Assembly: GCA_000934665.2 (NCBI GenBank)
Contig: KZ537960.1
Span: 186,001-250,000, forward strand
Reading direction: 5' to 3'
DNA: 64,000 nucleotides
From: Catajapyx aquilonaris
Lineage: Eukaryota
The notes below the pieces were generated by a model that saw only the letters and a list, made by a program, of their open reading frames with translations, ran no database searches and had not been told where the DNA came from. A program made the translations under genes and the position numbers. Below are positions 11,201-24,351 of the stretch, piece by piece. Each line of letters begins with the position of its first letter. Position 1 is the stretch's first letter.

Positions 11201-12781
11201 GTTTCACATCAGTGCCGGCACTGGTGATCTGGTGGTTAGCGCGTTCCCCTCTAGACCCAAAGTTGCAGGTTCGAACCTGGGCGAGGTCGGTGACTTTTCT
11301 TTGGGTGGTAGAAAAGTGAGAGTACGCCTTCCTTCGGAGGGGAAGTAAATCCGTCGGTCCTGTGTGCTTGTGACATTACGCGAGTGCACGTTAAAGATTC
11401 CCAGAGCCGCCAAATTTCCAGGAGGAGGACCACTCCCTGGCGTCGGTGTTGAGCCTAGCAGCAGAAATAGGCCGACGTTAAGCCCCCACTAAAGTTTCAC
11501 ATCAGCAAGTGGGTATTTCTGTTCTCAGGGACATTCTAAGCAACGAGAGCATCTTGTCCTGCTTGTTTCCTGGTGACCGTGGCAGTGACAGCCCCAATGC
11601 TGGCAACTCCTTCCAGCTGAACCGAGTGGGCATAAGCAGCATAAAGGAGCACCTATCTGAAACAGGGGTACCATACCTGTGGGCCCAGCGCCTTGGAGGG
11701 CTTGACTTCTTACAGACAGATCCCACGTCCTGCATGGATGACAAGGGGGAATTCAAATCGAGGCCGGCTGTCCCTGCCATTCCTGACTCTACTCTGAGCT
11801 GCAGTCAGGTTGAAGGAACAGTCAGAGCCATTAGGCAGAGATTGCAGAGCAGGATTGCACTAGCCAAGCAAATGGATGCTTTTGGTGAGTAGGATCTCGT
11901 GTTTGATTCTTTTGCACGAGCACAGAGTGTCTGAAAATCAATGCAATGACGTTTGATGAAGGATTTGATGTATTATTTCCAACTTGATAAGGGTAAATTT
12001 TACACTTGCAGAGAAAGCCATCTTACCACCACCTCCATCACAACTAGCATCAATGTTCCCGGCCAAGGTGTTGTCGAAGCTTACCTCCTGGCGATCGGTG
12101 ACATGGGAAGAATTTGCGTTAAATCATCTGGCACGGAACATGGCCCTGGAAGTGGGTGTCATCCATCATGACTTTTTTTACCGTGCTGTCATGGAGAGAG
12201 GCAATGTGAAACTGGTTGCCCTCATTGCCATCAGACCAGGCTACCCCAGTGTTGCCCCCATATTTTCTCTGCAGCTATTGTGGGAAGGGGAGGCTGACAA
12301 GGAGAGGGATGCTCACAAGCATGATTCTTTGAGGGTACGTGCAATTGTTATCAGTTGATGAGCTGTACTGAGCAGTAATATTACTTGATTAACGTATGTT
12401 ATACATTGTTTTTGTCTTGAGGGTATTTGTGTGAACTTGACCTGATTTTAATGGCTATTTCGCAGGAGATGGAAATGGAGGTGAATGTCTACTGGAATGA
12501 GTTTAAGTCTGCGAAGGAGCAGCTGTTAATATGCCAGCTTCACCGGCTGCTGGCATGCCTGGATATATATGTGGAATCGGAAGGCGAATTGGGAACAGTG
12601 GAGAAGAATGAGTTTCCCAAAGAGAAGATTTTTTTCAAGGCTGTCAGGTAAAGTGTTTCGGTTCTTGCTGCTCCCCAGGAAATTTGAACTTGACCTTTCA
12701 CTGATCTCTTTCAGGGGAAGGAACCGAAGCAGGCCATTCAAGTTTTTGTCTGCTGGAGGAGGAATTTTTACCCAGCGCTGA
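8279..12781 (+). CDS. THOC5: THO complex subunit 5 (FMIP/THOC5), 10 exons, ~748 aa
   Basis: Exons 8279-8443, 8512-8940, 9878-10063, 10337-10469, 10618-10926, 10993-11089, 11529-11884, 12012-12334, 12466-12647 and 12715-12781 join in frame (2247 nt). Diagnostic segments: [57 protein letters not shown] and the C-terminal RGRNRSRPFK. The start ATG is the least certain part. Confidence 0.96.
9180..9622. mobile_element. MITE, Tc1/mariner-like, in THOC5 intron 2
   Basis: About 95-bp imperfect terminal inverted repeats with CAGGGTG...CACCCTG ends, TA on both flanks, no coding capacity. Confidence 0.85.
11213..11492 (+). mobile_element. tRNA-derived SINE (Ruka/Nin-domain-like) in THOC5 intron 6
   Basis: A-box-like TGATCTGGTGG, B-box GGTTCGAACC, body motifs CCTTCGGAGGGGAAGTAAA and GTGCACGTTAAAGATTCCC. 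Flanked by a perfect 13-bp target-site duplication AGTTTCACATCAG (11200-11212 and 11493-11505). The family name is from recalled motif similarity. Confidence 0.88.
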
Positions 12782-14172
12782 GCGTAATGACATTCCAAGA
12801 ATGCATGTAAAAATACCGTTTATTATTGAATATGGAGTTAGAAAAAATGAACAACTGAAGCCATTGAGAACTTGATACTCAATGTACAGGGTAATATTAA
12901 TTTTGAAGGTAGTGGGGTCACAGATTATACGTTAAAATGATATGCTTAATTAAATTAAATTAGACACTTACGGAGAATGTGATCTTTAAAAATGGAATGT
13001 ATTTTTGTCTCTCTACCTGAGTAATTTGATACTGCACTGTAGCCTAATTTGAAGTGAAAAAGTAATTAAAATTTATTGTTAACAATTTTGTGGCATGCAG
13101 TATTCCCCAAAAGCCACCTGCACTATGCAGTTAGAGCAATTCCTAATTCAATACCTGGTACCCATGTTTTTCTACATGTATTGTGTCAAATTCTGCTGTG
13201 GGGATTTTGGGCTGATGTTTGGCTCTGTTCTGATGGTTCTTTTTGTCTGAGGTAAACCGAACATTTTTGATGTGTACAGACAAATATACCAGTACCCTTG
13301 GAGAATGTGAATGCAACCTTGGCTGTTGACTAGGCCTGTTTTATTCCATTGACCCTTGCAGCTGTTCTATTCCAGGATATTTTTGGCTGAAAATTGCTGC
13401 TGATTTGATTTCCCAATGATATTGCATATTCTTCCCAAGAGGTGTCACTTCTTCTTTCCTACTGCCATTGCTGGTCATCGCTGAATACCCCTTCATGGGA
13501 CAATGCCATGATGTGTTATATCGTATTGCTGTGTTAAAAAAAACACACACACTATTGAAGTTGCAAATGAGCAATCAGTCATTCCTCACTTAGTAGTACG
13601 TGCTACATGTATGCACTGCATGTGCCTACCTGGTGATAGCGAGCAACTTTACATTAATTTGTGATGTAATTGCATGCAATTTTTTTCACGAATGAATGAA
13701 AATGAGAAGTTGTTTCTATGGGTGAGCAGTTGCCATGGCTGGTTAGGTAAAATATATTGCATGCTTCGTTAGTTTTGGGGATTTGGATGCAGTATATGAA
13801 TGGTTTCATTTAGCAGTAGGCTGTTCGTTTTTAAACAAGAAAATATGTGTGTCATATCAGGTGCTATCCTGGTGTGAGCCATAGTAAATGCACATATCTG
13901 ATGACAGGCTATGTTATCAGATTTCATAATTTTGACTTTCCCAAGCGGTTTGTTTTCACATTTTATTGCATCCTACTCTCCTCGTGTGTCGTGTGCGTAA
14001 TGAGACAGATATCTGAGAAATTCATCCACTTGTTGCTAGATGGCATACGAGCAGCCAAGATTAGCTCCTCCAAGCAGGTGATCTGCAATGCTCCCTATCT
14101 GATCATTACCTGGTGTTGAACAATTCAGAGCCATTCCCGTAATAATCAAAACATTATATTTGCACATTGTTC

Positions 14173-14284
14173 ACAGGTGAAGCAGCCCATTCTACCATCT
14201 ATATGATCAATCAATGTATGCTTTTTTGGCAAAAAGCATACATTGATTGATCATATAGACGGTAGAATGGGCTGCTTCACCTGT
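14173..14284. repeat. Near-perfect hairpin (54-bp arms, 4-nt loop), probably a collapsed MITE
   Basis: 14173-14226 is the reverse complement of 14231-14284 with one mismatch. Ends are CAGGTG...CACCTG. Confidence 0.85.
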
Positions 14285-17200
14285 ACTGTCTCGGCCATTC
14301 TCCCTACTGGCACTTCTTTTGTTGCCATTGTTAACCTTTATGTGCGAAGTGATCCTCTTGTAAAACCAAGCTTGCATGGCCCCTTCCTTTTATCTGAAAG
14401 CCCCGATGATGCAATCCGTCTCCCAGGCAACTTTTATACCCCCAAAGAATAGGCAGCATTTTGGACCCCGACAACACCCATCTGCATTCTAACCGAGACT
14501 CCAGCGCTAATCATCTTATTGGCAAATGCAAAGCAGCCTTCTCCTTTTGTGTGCCAAAAAAAATAGAGGCTGGGACACCCAGATTCTAGTAACACCTTGT
14601 AGCTCTTGGTGTCAATCGGACGTGACGGATGCAACTGGAAGGAAATCTCACTCCGAAACTGGAGCCAATAAGGGCCCTTTCCCATGGCGTATTTGGCACG
14701 TCAACGTCAAAATGGTCGGACCATATTGGCAGGCGAACACTAGCGCGAATTTCCTCGGGTAGAGTTACGACACGTGACTTATCGGACCAGTTTCATGATG
14801 TGAGATACTGTCCACTGGATTCTATAGAACTGTGCTGGAAATATGTGAGAGCTGACCTACCTAGGTCATGTCTTTGACCTCGCGAGGTCGTGTTTCAATA
14901 ATATACACTATCAGGTTGTCTCACGACTGACTACATGTTCAAACCTCCCCTCAGGTCCACTACAACTCACCCTTGCCATCTAGTGAGGCACGTCACAATC
15001 TGTGAAAGTACTTAATTGACCAATATTAAATTAGCCGCCCTTTGAAAGAATAAGTGCAAAAACCCACGTTCTTTTGTGGCTGTAACGGTCTGTGTAGTGA
15101 CGAGAAATCCGATTAAAACCCGACTCAAAAATCATTCATAGACAATCCTCAGCATTTAACAAAGTGCATGCCTAATTGACCAAAAATTAGATTTTACAAT
15201 CCATGAAACTGGAATTACATTTTCACCAGGAAAATGTGCAAGGTAGAAACTTACTTGTTAGTAAATCATCTGCCGCGGTCTCGACTAAATTGGTAGCTTC
15301 CCGTAAATCTGACAGGACTGGAATTCTCCAAAATTTGAATGCATGAATTTTAATGGGACTCCCCACAAAGACTGCTGGCAATAAAACAGCTTCAGTTTAA
15401 TTAGAGTCTATCGGTGCCTTTGTAGTACATCTGTTATTGTACAATAGCCTACCTCGATTTAATATATAATTTCTCAGTACCGGTACCTACTGTATATAGG
15501 ATTATGTAACATTTCGGGGGTTTCCCCGTTATGGACATTTCAACGCTGCATACACAACAGTTAGTATGATGCATAGAACAATATATCCCATTCAGACAGC
15601 ATTGCACAGAACAGGTAGTAAGTTTAGCAAACTGTTGGAAGAACAATGTGCCTATTGTTAGATTTGGTCCAGGGGGAAGCGGGTTGGGATGTTGTGAAGG
15701 GTGCGCCTGTAGTACTTCACAATGCTGTTCTTGTTCTATTTTGCAGAGGTGAGTGATGTGAATAATAAACCACAATTAAACCCTTTTTTCATGTACATCA
15801 GACTTCTGACAGGGTGCTACAAAGTGGGATATTTAAATACAAAGGGTGCCATTTTTATGAGTACCGGTATGTGGACTTTTTAAATAATTTTTTTGGGCTG
15901 CATCATGCAAGGATGCCCCAAGTGGTTTTAACAAGTGGTGGTGGTTGCATAGCGGCAGGATACATTTTTTGGACACATTATATGCTTTTAGGTCCATTCG
16001 ATTGAAAATCTAAATGCGTAGAAGCTCTCACAGCTAAACATCATACCCTGCAGCTTGCGGTGCCGCTTTTCTCTGTTCGAAAATCGATACACCCCCCCAC
16101 CCATCCCTCCCATTTCCCCCCCTATTCCCAGCACCCTCCTTCCTCCTTTCCCCATCTCTCCATCCTCTTTCCTTCCAACCCTATATCCCCACGACTATCA
16201 TCCACGCCTTCTTCTGCATTCGTCATCACATCCCCGTTGCCACGACGACCAAATTAGCGGCTTCCACTTTTGGCAGATGTTGCACCTTGGGGACAATCCA
16301 AGATTTCCCTTCTCATCTTTATCACCCACCATTTTATCATCTCAAAAAAAGCTAAACTGTGTTCTTACCCGCACTAAAAAAAATCAGAGGGCATTAACGA
16401 CCCCATGTCACAGCCCGACAAGCCTCACATTGCACTGTAGTCTAATTTTCATCCAGAATGGTCTATGTGTGTAAATGCACATATGTATACACTAGTCTTC
16501 GCATGGTAATTGGTTATTGAGTAAATGAAAAAAAATCGCAAAATATGCATATTCATTTTGGTACTTTTCTAACGCACCGCGCTATTTCAGCAACGCCATC
16601 TATGATGCATAGCCGGAAGCGTCAGCCTCCGATTAGGCCCTGCCATCCCTCTCCTCCACATGCAACAAAATCCCAAATTTGTGGCATTTATACTTTAAAA
16701 AGTGCAGTTTTCGGACTTTTCCCTCAATCCCGGGCAGGTTTGCCATCAGTGTGTAAAGTTTCAGAGCTCTCGGAGGTGTAGAAGTGTGTTAGGTAGCCCG
16801 GACAAACATATGTACATTGGCGTTTATTATGTAAGATTTGCCAATCTAAATAATTTTATTCGCTTCACTTTAGCATTATTTACTAAAATAGCAATTAAAC
16901 GACTTTCAAATCCCTAGACATCTGGGCCCAATTGGCAACCGATGACCAATATTCGAATCTATCATCCATTAGTAGGATTCTGTCGCTTCCACCTATGCCA
17001 AATCCATATAATCAGCTTATAGCATCATACACCCACCTTTACATGCTCCAATTCCGCAACAAAGAATTACCGGTGTCCAACTGCATATTGGGTCAAAGAT
17101 TGACCACCGATTTGATATCGTCGTTAATTATTCCAGGAATTATAGCTTCATTATTCTAGAGGACTGCTCTTGTTTGGGGTCGCAAATAATTAGCAATTAT

Positions 17201-17732
17201 GCTATAAGAGGGTGCTAATAGCGGTTGTTGTTGCTTTTTTTCTGTACCCCAGGTATTGATCAGCAACCGAGATATTTACCATGTTCAAAAAAAAAATTTG
17301 CAAACAGTTTTCATCTGTACGCTGCAATGCGGCAGATGCTTAAAAAGCGATTTGGGCAAATGGAAGTAAAGTGATAGATATGAAGGGATAGGTGTTGACG
17401 CGACGAAAAGGCGTCGCGATTTAAGTTTTGGATGTGACAAAAAAATATGAGTCGAGTTGACAAGGAAGCCAGGTGCAGACATGGCGGTATGGATTTGATC
17501 CTGGGTATGGGGGATCTCGAATGGGAAATTGATGGGCCGAAGTAATTGGCAATCATCCGGGCAGCAGTAGGAGGAGGACCTCAATCGGACCTGGGTCGAA
17601 GGGCAGTGCCCTGGGGCCAATCGGGTTCATTACGGGGTCACGCTTCAGGTCTTGACCACGTGCAGCAAGGACCGATCCCGTGGGAATTTCTATCAGGTCA
17701 TTCTACGTTGATCTGTACAGGGTGCTTCATGG

Positions 17733-17912
17733 GGTGCTCTGTCCGAATGGGACTTGGTGCTCTGTCCGAATGGGACTTGGTGCTCTGTCCGAATGGGACT
17801 TGGTGCCCTGTACGAATGGGACTTGGTGCTCTGTACGCAGGAGAAGGGTGCTCTGTACGCATGGGAAACATAGTGCTCTGTACGCATGGGAAGCATGGTG
17901 CTCTATACGCGG
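17733..17912. repeat. 23-bp minisatellite (GGTGCTCTGTCCGAATGGGACTT), about 8 copies
   Basis: The first 3-4 units are near-identical and later units diverge progressively. Confidence 0.9.
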
Positions 17913-20900
17913 GGGACAGGGTGACATGCTGACAGAATGGGTCACCCTGTACTGGCCGCAAATAAAAACAGGGTGTGACCAACAATGCCATTGGAAATAG
18001 GTGCACCTGCTTCAGTTGCACCATATTTGATGGTTTATAGATAATTACGGCGGCAATTGCATGGTCGTAATTGGATTAAATAATTTCAAACCCAACGGAC
18101 CGTACATTTGAAGCAGGTCGGGTTAGTTTGGGGAACGAACTAATTTAAACTGTGCACTGTGCTCTCTCGCCACTTAGGTAAGTCATCGTAAATGCAAGGG
18201 GTGTCGCTCAGCTGTGCTATAAGGAGAACAGCATACAGTGCGGTAGGGCCTGGCAGAATTAACTAGACCGCGACTTCGGTGCTAAAAACCTGATGTTGCG
18301 GTGGACGTGGCGTAGGATTTGTCGGTTGGCGGCGCTGATGTAGGTCGAGCGCCCTCTATCGGATTGTCGCAGCGCCGCCAAGCGGCCAAGCGGATATCGG
18401 TTAATTCCAAGCCTGTTGCTCTCGGGTCGATCCTAGTGCAAGTGCTCAGCTGCACTTGGCCAAGAAAAGAGTGCAGATTGAAGGTGAGTAATGGTCCCGG
18501 CCGGGCCTAGCCAGAAGAAGAAGAAGAATAAGATGGAAGAAGTGGAAGGCCATTCGCCAATCAACTCGGCGGCTTCGGTGCAACTTCCTTTTCTATTCCC
18601 GAGAGCCCGTCCTCTCCAGCGGCTGTGACGGCGAAAAAGTGTTTCCTCTCAATAGCAGAGCCCTACCATTGTTTCGCCATCGACGTCGAGGCTCCCACGA
18701 GACAAATGACATCGGCCATAGGGAAGAAGGTGGCTCCCCTGGAATTAAACCGCCATTTGTCTGTTTCGCAGTTAAATTCCTCCTGGATTTCAAGTCTGCG
18801 CAAGTCCCTGTCACTTCTCCTTTGACTTAATGGGATTTGTGGATTGATTGAAGACACCGACAGACAGACATGGTGGTTGGTTGCTAGAGAAGGTAGTGGA
18901 AGCTATATGCAAAATCGTGCTTTCCACTGACTTGTTGCCCGATCGATCTCCACAGGTGTGATTGATTCCTGAAGTTCAAGTGGTTGTCGCTTCGTTTCTT
19001 CATTTTGAGAGCCTCTTTGACGTCTGAGATTAAATCCTGACAACCCCTCGTTGATGCAAGACCTAACGAAATTATTCTTTGTATTTGCAGCTTCGGACAT
19101 TACTCGTTTCGCGTCAATCACACCTGTTCATTTATATCACAAGCGTTCAATTACATCAACGCTTTATATGTGTAAAACGAGGACCAGAGTGTAAAAGAGG
19201 GGACATTATGTTTGTCACTCGAATGTGACACTGTGTCAAAAAATGGCGTCCAGATATAGAGTTACGCATTCGGTGTCAGAACCTGACAAAACACACCACT
19301 TCAAATCTGCTGTAACTTGACATGTGCCACACTATGCTGTTTACTATTTTGCTACAAAATCATAGTAATTTCCCAGCATTTACCGCATTGCTCTTCGTTT
19401 AATTAATTTTTCACAAAAATTAGTGAGTTTTATTTAGAATATTGTGTCCGAATATACCGTACTTTGTAGCAAAGTAAAAAAATTCCATTAATCACTATTG
19501 GCTAACGGGACACCTCACATTGAGCGACCACCCTCTAAATGAGGTGGAGATTAGTCAAAAAAATAATCCCATCAGCCCTAGGTCGTACAAAAGGGTACGC
19601 GATACAGGCCGGGTTAGTCCGAAACGACTGCAGTGACTGGCCTGCTAATTACGTTGTACCCAATTCCAAGAGTGGCGAGGGAGCATGGGGCGGGGCGGGG
19701 GGTGTTCATAATTTATGGCTCCGGAGGAATCCACGGGAGAGATAAGCCGTGTTTCCTAGGTGCTGCCGTGTCCCTCTGGGGTCACATTGGTACTCTTAAG
19801 CCATCCGACCAGAAATCAAATTTTGCACACAAACTTTGCAAAAAAAAAAAAACCTTTCACATCTCCTGGGGGTTATGGCAACCAGGTGCAGAATTAGCAA
19901 CATGGCAAAGAAAAGCTTATCGTGAGCGGAAAAGAGGAAGAAGAGGGTTTCCGCTGCGGTGGTTCTCTTGTACGCCACCAGGGAACAGGCATGACCCCCC
20001 CTTTGTCCTCCTGACGGGGGTTGCCGGATGAAGAAGGCTTACGATCCTCCATTGCTCCTTTCATCTCTCGCCTCCAATAAAGCGCGCTCCAAGGACCCGG
20101 AAACTGTGCCCAAAACTTCTTGTCTTTCGTTTATGAAAAGTGAACACACCTTGGTGCAAACTTCTTCCGACATAAAAATTCTGGTGTGTATACCAGTGTA
20201 TCGATTGAAACATGAGTGGTAAAACCTGATTTGGCTGCCGTAATCCCAATGCACTAAGGTCAGAGGGCTAACGATCCGTGAAACATCTAGGCAAGGGTAT
20301 CTTTTCAACCGAGTGCCTATACCTACCCGAGTGTAAACTTCGAATGGCATCTATACCGTGTGCAGCCTCTTCTGAAGGAAAAGCCTCTCGCTTAATCCTG
20401 ATTCCTTAGGACTTTTGCTACTTAGTTTTTGAAAAGTTGTGGCAAAAGGGCGAGGCCTGAGGGGACCGGATTAATCATCTTCATAGCAGAGCAAATTGGG
20501 AAGGATTTGGATACTAAGCCATTTCATCCTAGAGGATGCCTGAGGACATGTTATCTGCTGGTACACAATCCAGTTAGAAACAATGGTTGGGGGCTAAATT
20601 GTTATGGGTGCAAGTCCGCTGGTGAGAGTGTCGCGCGACGACAGTCCGCCACGCCGTGCCGCACGACACTCTCACAAGGTGGCGGGCTTGTGTTGGTATG
20701 CAGTCGTGAGACAGCCCTGGAGTGACGACCTACAGGGAGAGACATCTTTCAACAAATTCTTCCAGAGATTCTCGCTCCAAAAACTGTTCCCTCCAAATAA
20801 ATAAACACTCTGCCACACACCCGGATTTCTGGGTCACCACATAAAACATGGATTCTCCACAACTCTCAACAGAATCGCAGCCCCCGCCATTTTTACAAGC

Positions 20901-21765
20901 TCCCTTGACAGCAGCCCGGTTTTTCGACGATGATTTAGAATTCCCTCTCTCATGTAAAAGCATGGGCATAGAATTCGGTCGGAAAACTCTGGACTTTGAT
21001 GGAGATGGTCGCATAAGTAAAGTCTATCGACATGGCAGCAGCCTGGATCTGGCAACATTGCTTAGGAGGGCGGAGCTACCTATACCAGCAGACGGTTGCA
21101 ATTAGACTCATTACGAGCGGCCTCTCGCCTGCAATTCCGGCCCGGTCTGGGCTCGGCCTCATCTCGCCTCGTCGCCTTCTTCAGTTGGGATGGGCCCATG
21201 CACTTTGCACCAATAAACCCAATTAGTCCGCTCTTAATGCTTTTCGTTTAAGTGGCTTCGCGGGCTTCTTTTGGGTGGGTGCTAATTTTTTATTGGTACG
21301 AAAACGTGGGGGGGGTACGGGTGTCCTCTTCTGGAAAAATTGCATAAATTTCGCAACCGGCCAATTCATAATCACTCCCATATAGCCAATTTAACGACCG
21401 TAGCAATGGGTTCTCCAATTATCTTGGCAGTCATCCGGTCCAGAAGTGACGTAATCGCTGGGACCTATTTTCGGCAGCGAGGTGCTTGGACTAGAAGCAT
21501 TCGGCACTTCATCAATGGCCTACGCTCTGAATGCAAATGAGATTAGCATCTCCAATAATTGCTGACTGAACGGAAAGAAAGAGTCGTTAGGCAAAATGAA
21601 AAAAAGGGAGGGGGGGGGAGGAGTGGGTGGAATGAACGGATACTTTGAATGAGTTAGTTGTGCAACGTAGGATTTTTTTTGGGGGGAGATAAGTGTGGTA
21701 TATAGGGACCGATAGCATTTTACGAATTAGGAGTTAATAAATTTTTTTGGGGTTAAAAAATTTGT

Positions 21766-21815
21766 GGCTCCTTCTGGGCTACGCTCGGCGCGCCGAGCGT
21801 AGCCCAGAAGGAGCC
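21766..21815. repeat. Perfect 50-bp spacerless palindrome
   Basis: GGCTCCTTCTGGGCTACGCTCGGCG is immediately followed by its exact reverse complement. Confidence 0.92.
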
Positions 21816-24156
21816 CCACCGCCGCGCCGCGTCGGTGAGGTATCGCCCCCTTCTCCCGCCTTCAGCGCTTGGCATCCCCGCCCGATTGTATGCCACTACT
21901 GCAGTTGTTAATAATTATGTCAGCTCATTTGTTCATACAAATACTTTTAAAAATATTTAAAAAATAATAATTGCTGTGTTGAACCCAGATGTTTCCAGAT
22001 TGAAAAATTCAACCATCCTTCCCATATTTTGCTCCGTTAATTCACCTTCCCCTTTAAATAAACCCTCAGATTATTATTAATGGTCCCCAACTTGAACCAC
22101 GACATTACACTTACGGTACCGGAACCAGTTTTGTGAACAGGTGATCAAATTAACCTAGATGGACCCGATGGGATTTAGGACGATTTTTGGTCGGTGTTTG
22201 GGAGCCCAAGAGAGGATTGTGTAACGGGGAATGAGAGAAGATTTCCTCTTTTTTTTACCCCCCGCCCCCCCTCTCTCACAATACCCCCTCTTTCGGTGTC
22301 TCTCCTAACAAATCCCAACCTTCCACCCAATTGGGTTGCAACGACGCGAACCAGCCGTAATCGGCATCCGTTTGATTCGATTTGCTACTTGGGCGCGACT
22401 TGTCACGTGTATAGTATAGTATAAGGTAGAACCAACATTTTTTTTATATATAGAACCCTCTCATTTACATGCATGTCGTAAACCTTGCAACATCGCCCCT
22501 ATTAAAAGGCTGTAACAATCGTCACTTGATTGTTGCCCGCGGTTAATTATTCGCGCCCTTTCATCCTGGGCCAAGTCTAATAAACGCCTGGCCTCAGTGC
22601 CTCTAATTCACTCTTTGACCTTAATCTTCTGGGTGGATACAGAAAAAAAAAGGCTATGGGCAATAAGAGGATACAAAGAGATACGGGTTGAGGACGTGAC
22701 TTGAGGGGGATTGTCGCGTCACGTGGACTTTACGCAGGATTTTCGCACAAGTTCGGTACTAAGTTAGAGCTGGATGTGGAAAAGGGTTTTACAGTAGTCG
22801 ACAATTCAAGCTACTGAAAATTGTAAAATAGGATACCATACTGTTCAGTGTTCGTTGGGTTGCATCATGCCAGGATGAATAAAAGTTGAGGTGGAAGAGT
22901 ACCTTTTGAATATGGATACTAGGTTGCATAAATAAATACAACACTGCAGCCAACTCCACATATTTAACCACGGTGAAATTAGCATGTTAATTAAATACAG
23001 GCTGTTTCAAAATTGACTTACGGTTGTTTTAAAAAATTCATGCGTAGCCTCTGCTACAATATGCACTGTGCCTTACTGTGTTTTTGAAAATATATTTATA
23101 ATATTAAAAACTTATAATGTAATATTTCACCTTTGTGGGTCACACCCAACCAAAATATGACCTGGAGTAACTCAGTTTGGACAAACAGAGTATAACAAGT
23201 GTCAACCCAAGTTGTGTAGATTCAGTGCTGACGTCACGGGTCTGGTGTCAAGGGGCGGCCAATTAGGACGGAACAAGGCCTCATTTCGGCCATGGGAACG
23301 CTCAGGTGGTAGCCGGAACAAGGTCTGGCACTCCGGGCCTGCAGGCTCTTTTTCATCAATCGTCATTAAGTGTGTGACAAGGGACGACGCCCTGTTGTCC
23401 CCAACTAAGCATCTTAAAAGTATAGAGTTTTCGACACATATTACAAAAATAGGGTGTTGATTAATTGTCATTAATTTTGTATTTGGAGCACCAGGCGGCA
23501 ACACAGTCATCGGGTTGTAGCTAGCTAGATTTTTTTTTCCCCCTCTTCGTTTTTTTAATTACCAAGCTGCCCCCCTGGCAAGCCCAATCAGCCCCCACGC
23601 CCTGTCCCATCCCCATTGGCCCAATTCGTCCAAATTCAATTCATTAAGCCGGGTTGAGAGCCAGCCAGGGGAATTTACCGGCTTGCGAAAAAGTCTGGTC
23701 CCATACACACATACACATATCCCCCACCCCCTCCAACCCTCAGACCCACCGGACCTCGAAACGTACACACACACACACACATTCACATGCCACATGTTCG
23801 CGGCTACCCAACCAATCTGGATCCCCGGGCTTTACAGCCGCCCCTCATTCCCTCAATCGGGCCAAAGAAGAGAGCAGCCACTTCAATAATGGCCCAATAA
23901 CAGCGTTACAACAACTCAGCATGCAATTTTCATTCAGTGTCCGCCGAAAGGGCCCACAATTTAAGCAGAGTGCAGCGGCCTGAGCTTTTAAAGGGATAAA
24001 CCAACAGGGTGGAGCAACAACAGGTATCATCAGTCAGGATGTCTCTTACATGTAGGATGTCCAATAGTAGCTACATTTAATTTAGATTATATTTTGAACA
24101 CTTTTAATACGAACAATAACTAAAAATCTGCACTAGTGGCCTACATACGATATAGA

Positions 24157-24351
24157 ACTCGTATATGACTCGTATATGACTCGTACACGACTCGTATGCG
24201 ACTCGTACACGACTCGTACACGACTCGTACACGACTCGTACACGACTCGTACACGACTCATATACGACTCGTACACGACTCATATACGACTCGTACACGA
24301 CTCATATACGACTCGTACACGACTCGTACACGACTCGTATACGACTCGTAT
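24157..24351. repeat. 11-bp minisatellite (GACTCGTACAC), about 17 copies
   Basis: Head-to-tail units with variants such as GACTCATATAC and GACTCGTATAT. Confidence 0.93.

Noticed and set aside
11213..11290. tRNA gene
   Set aside because: It has A/B boxes but no convincing cloverleaf, and it is the head of a TSD-flanked SINE.
18900..21110. Several 60-130 aa ORFs that might be TE or viral relics
   Set aside because: No recognisable motifs in any frame I read.
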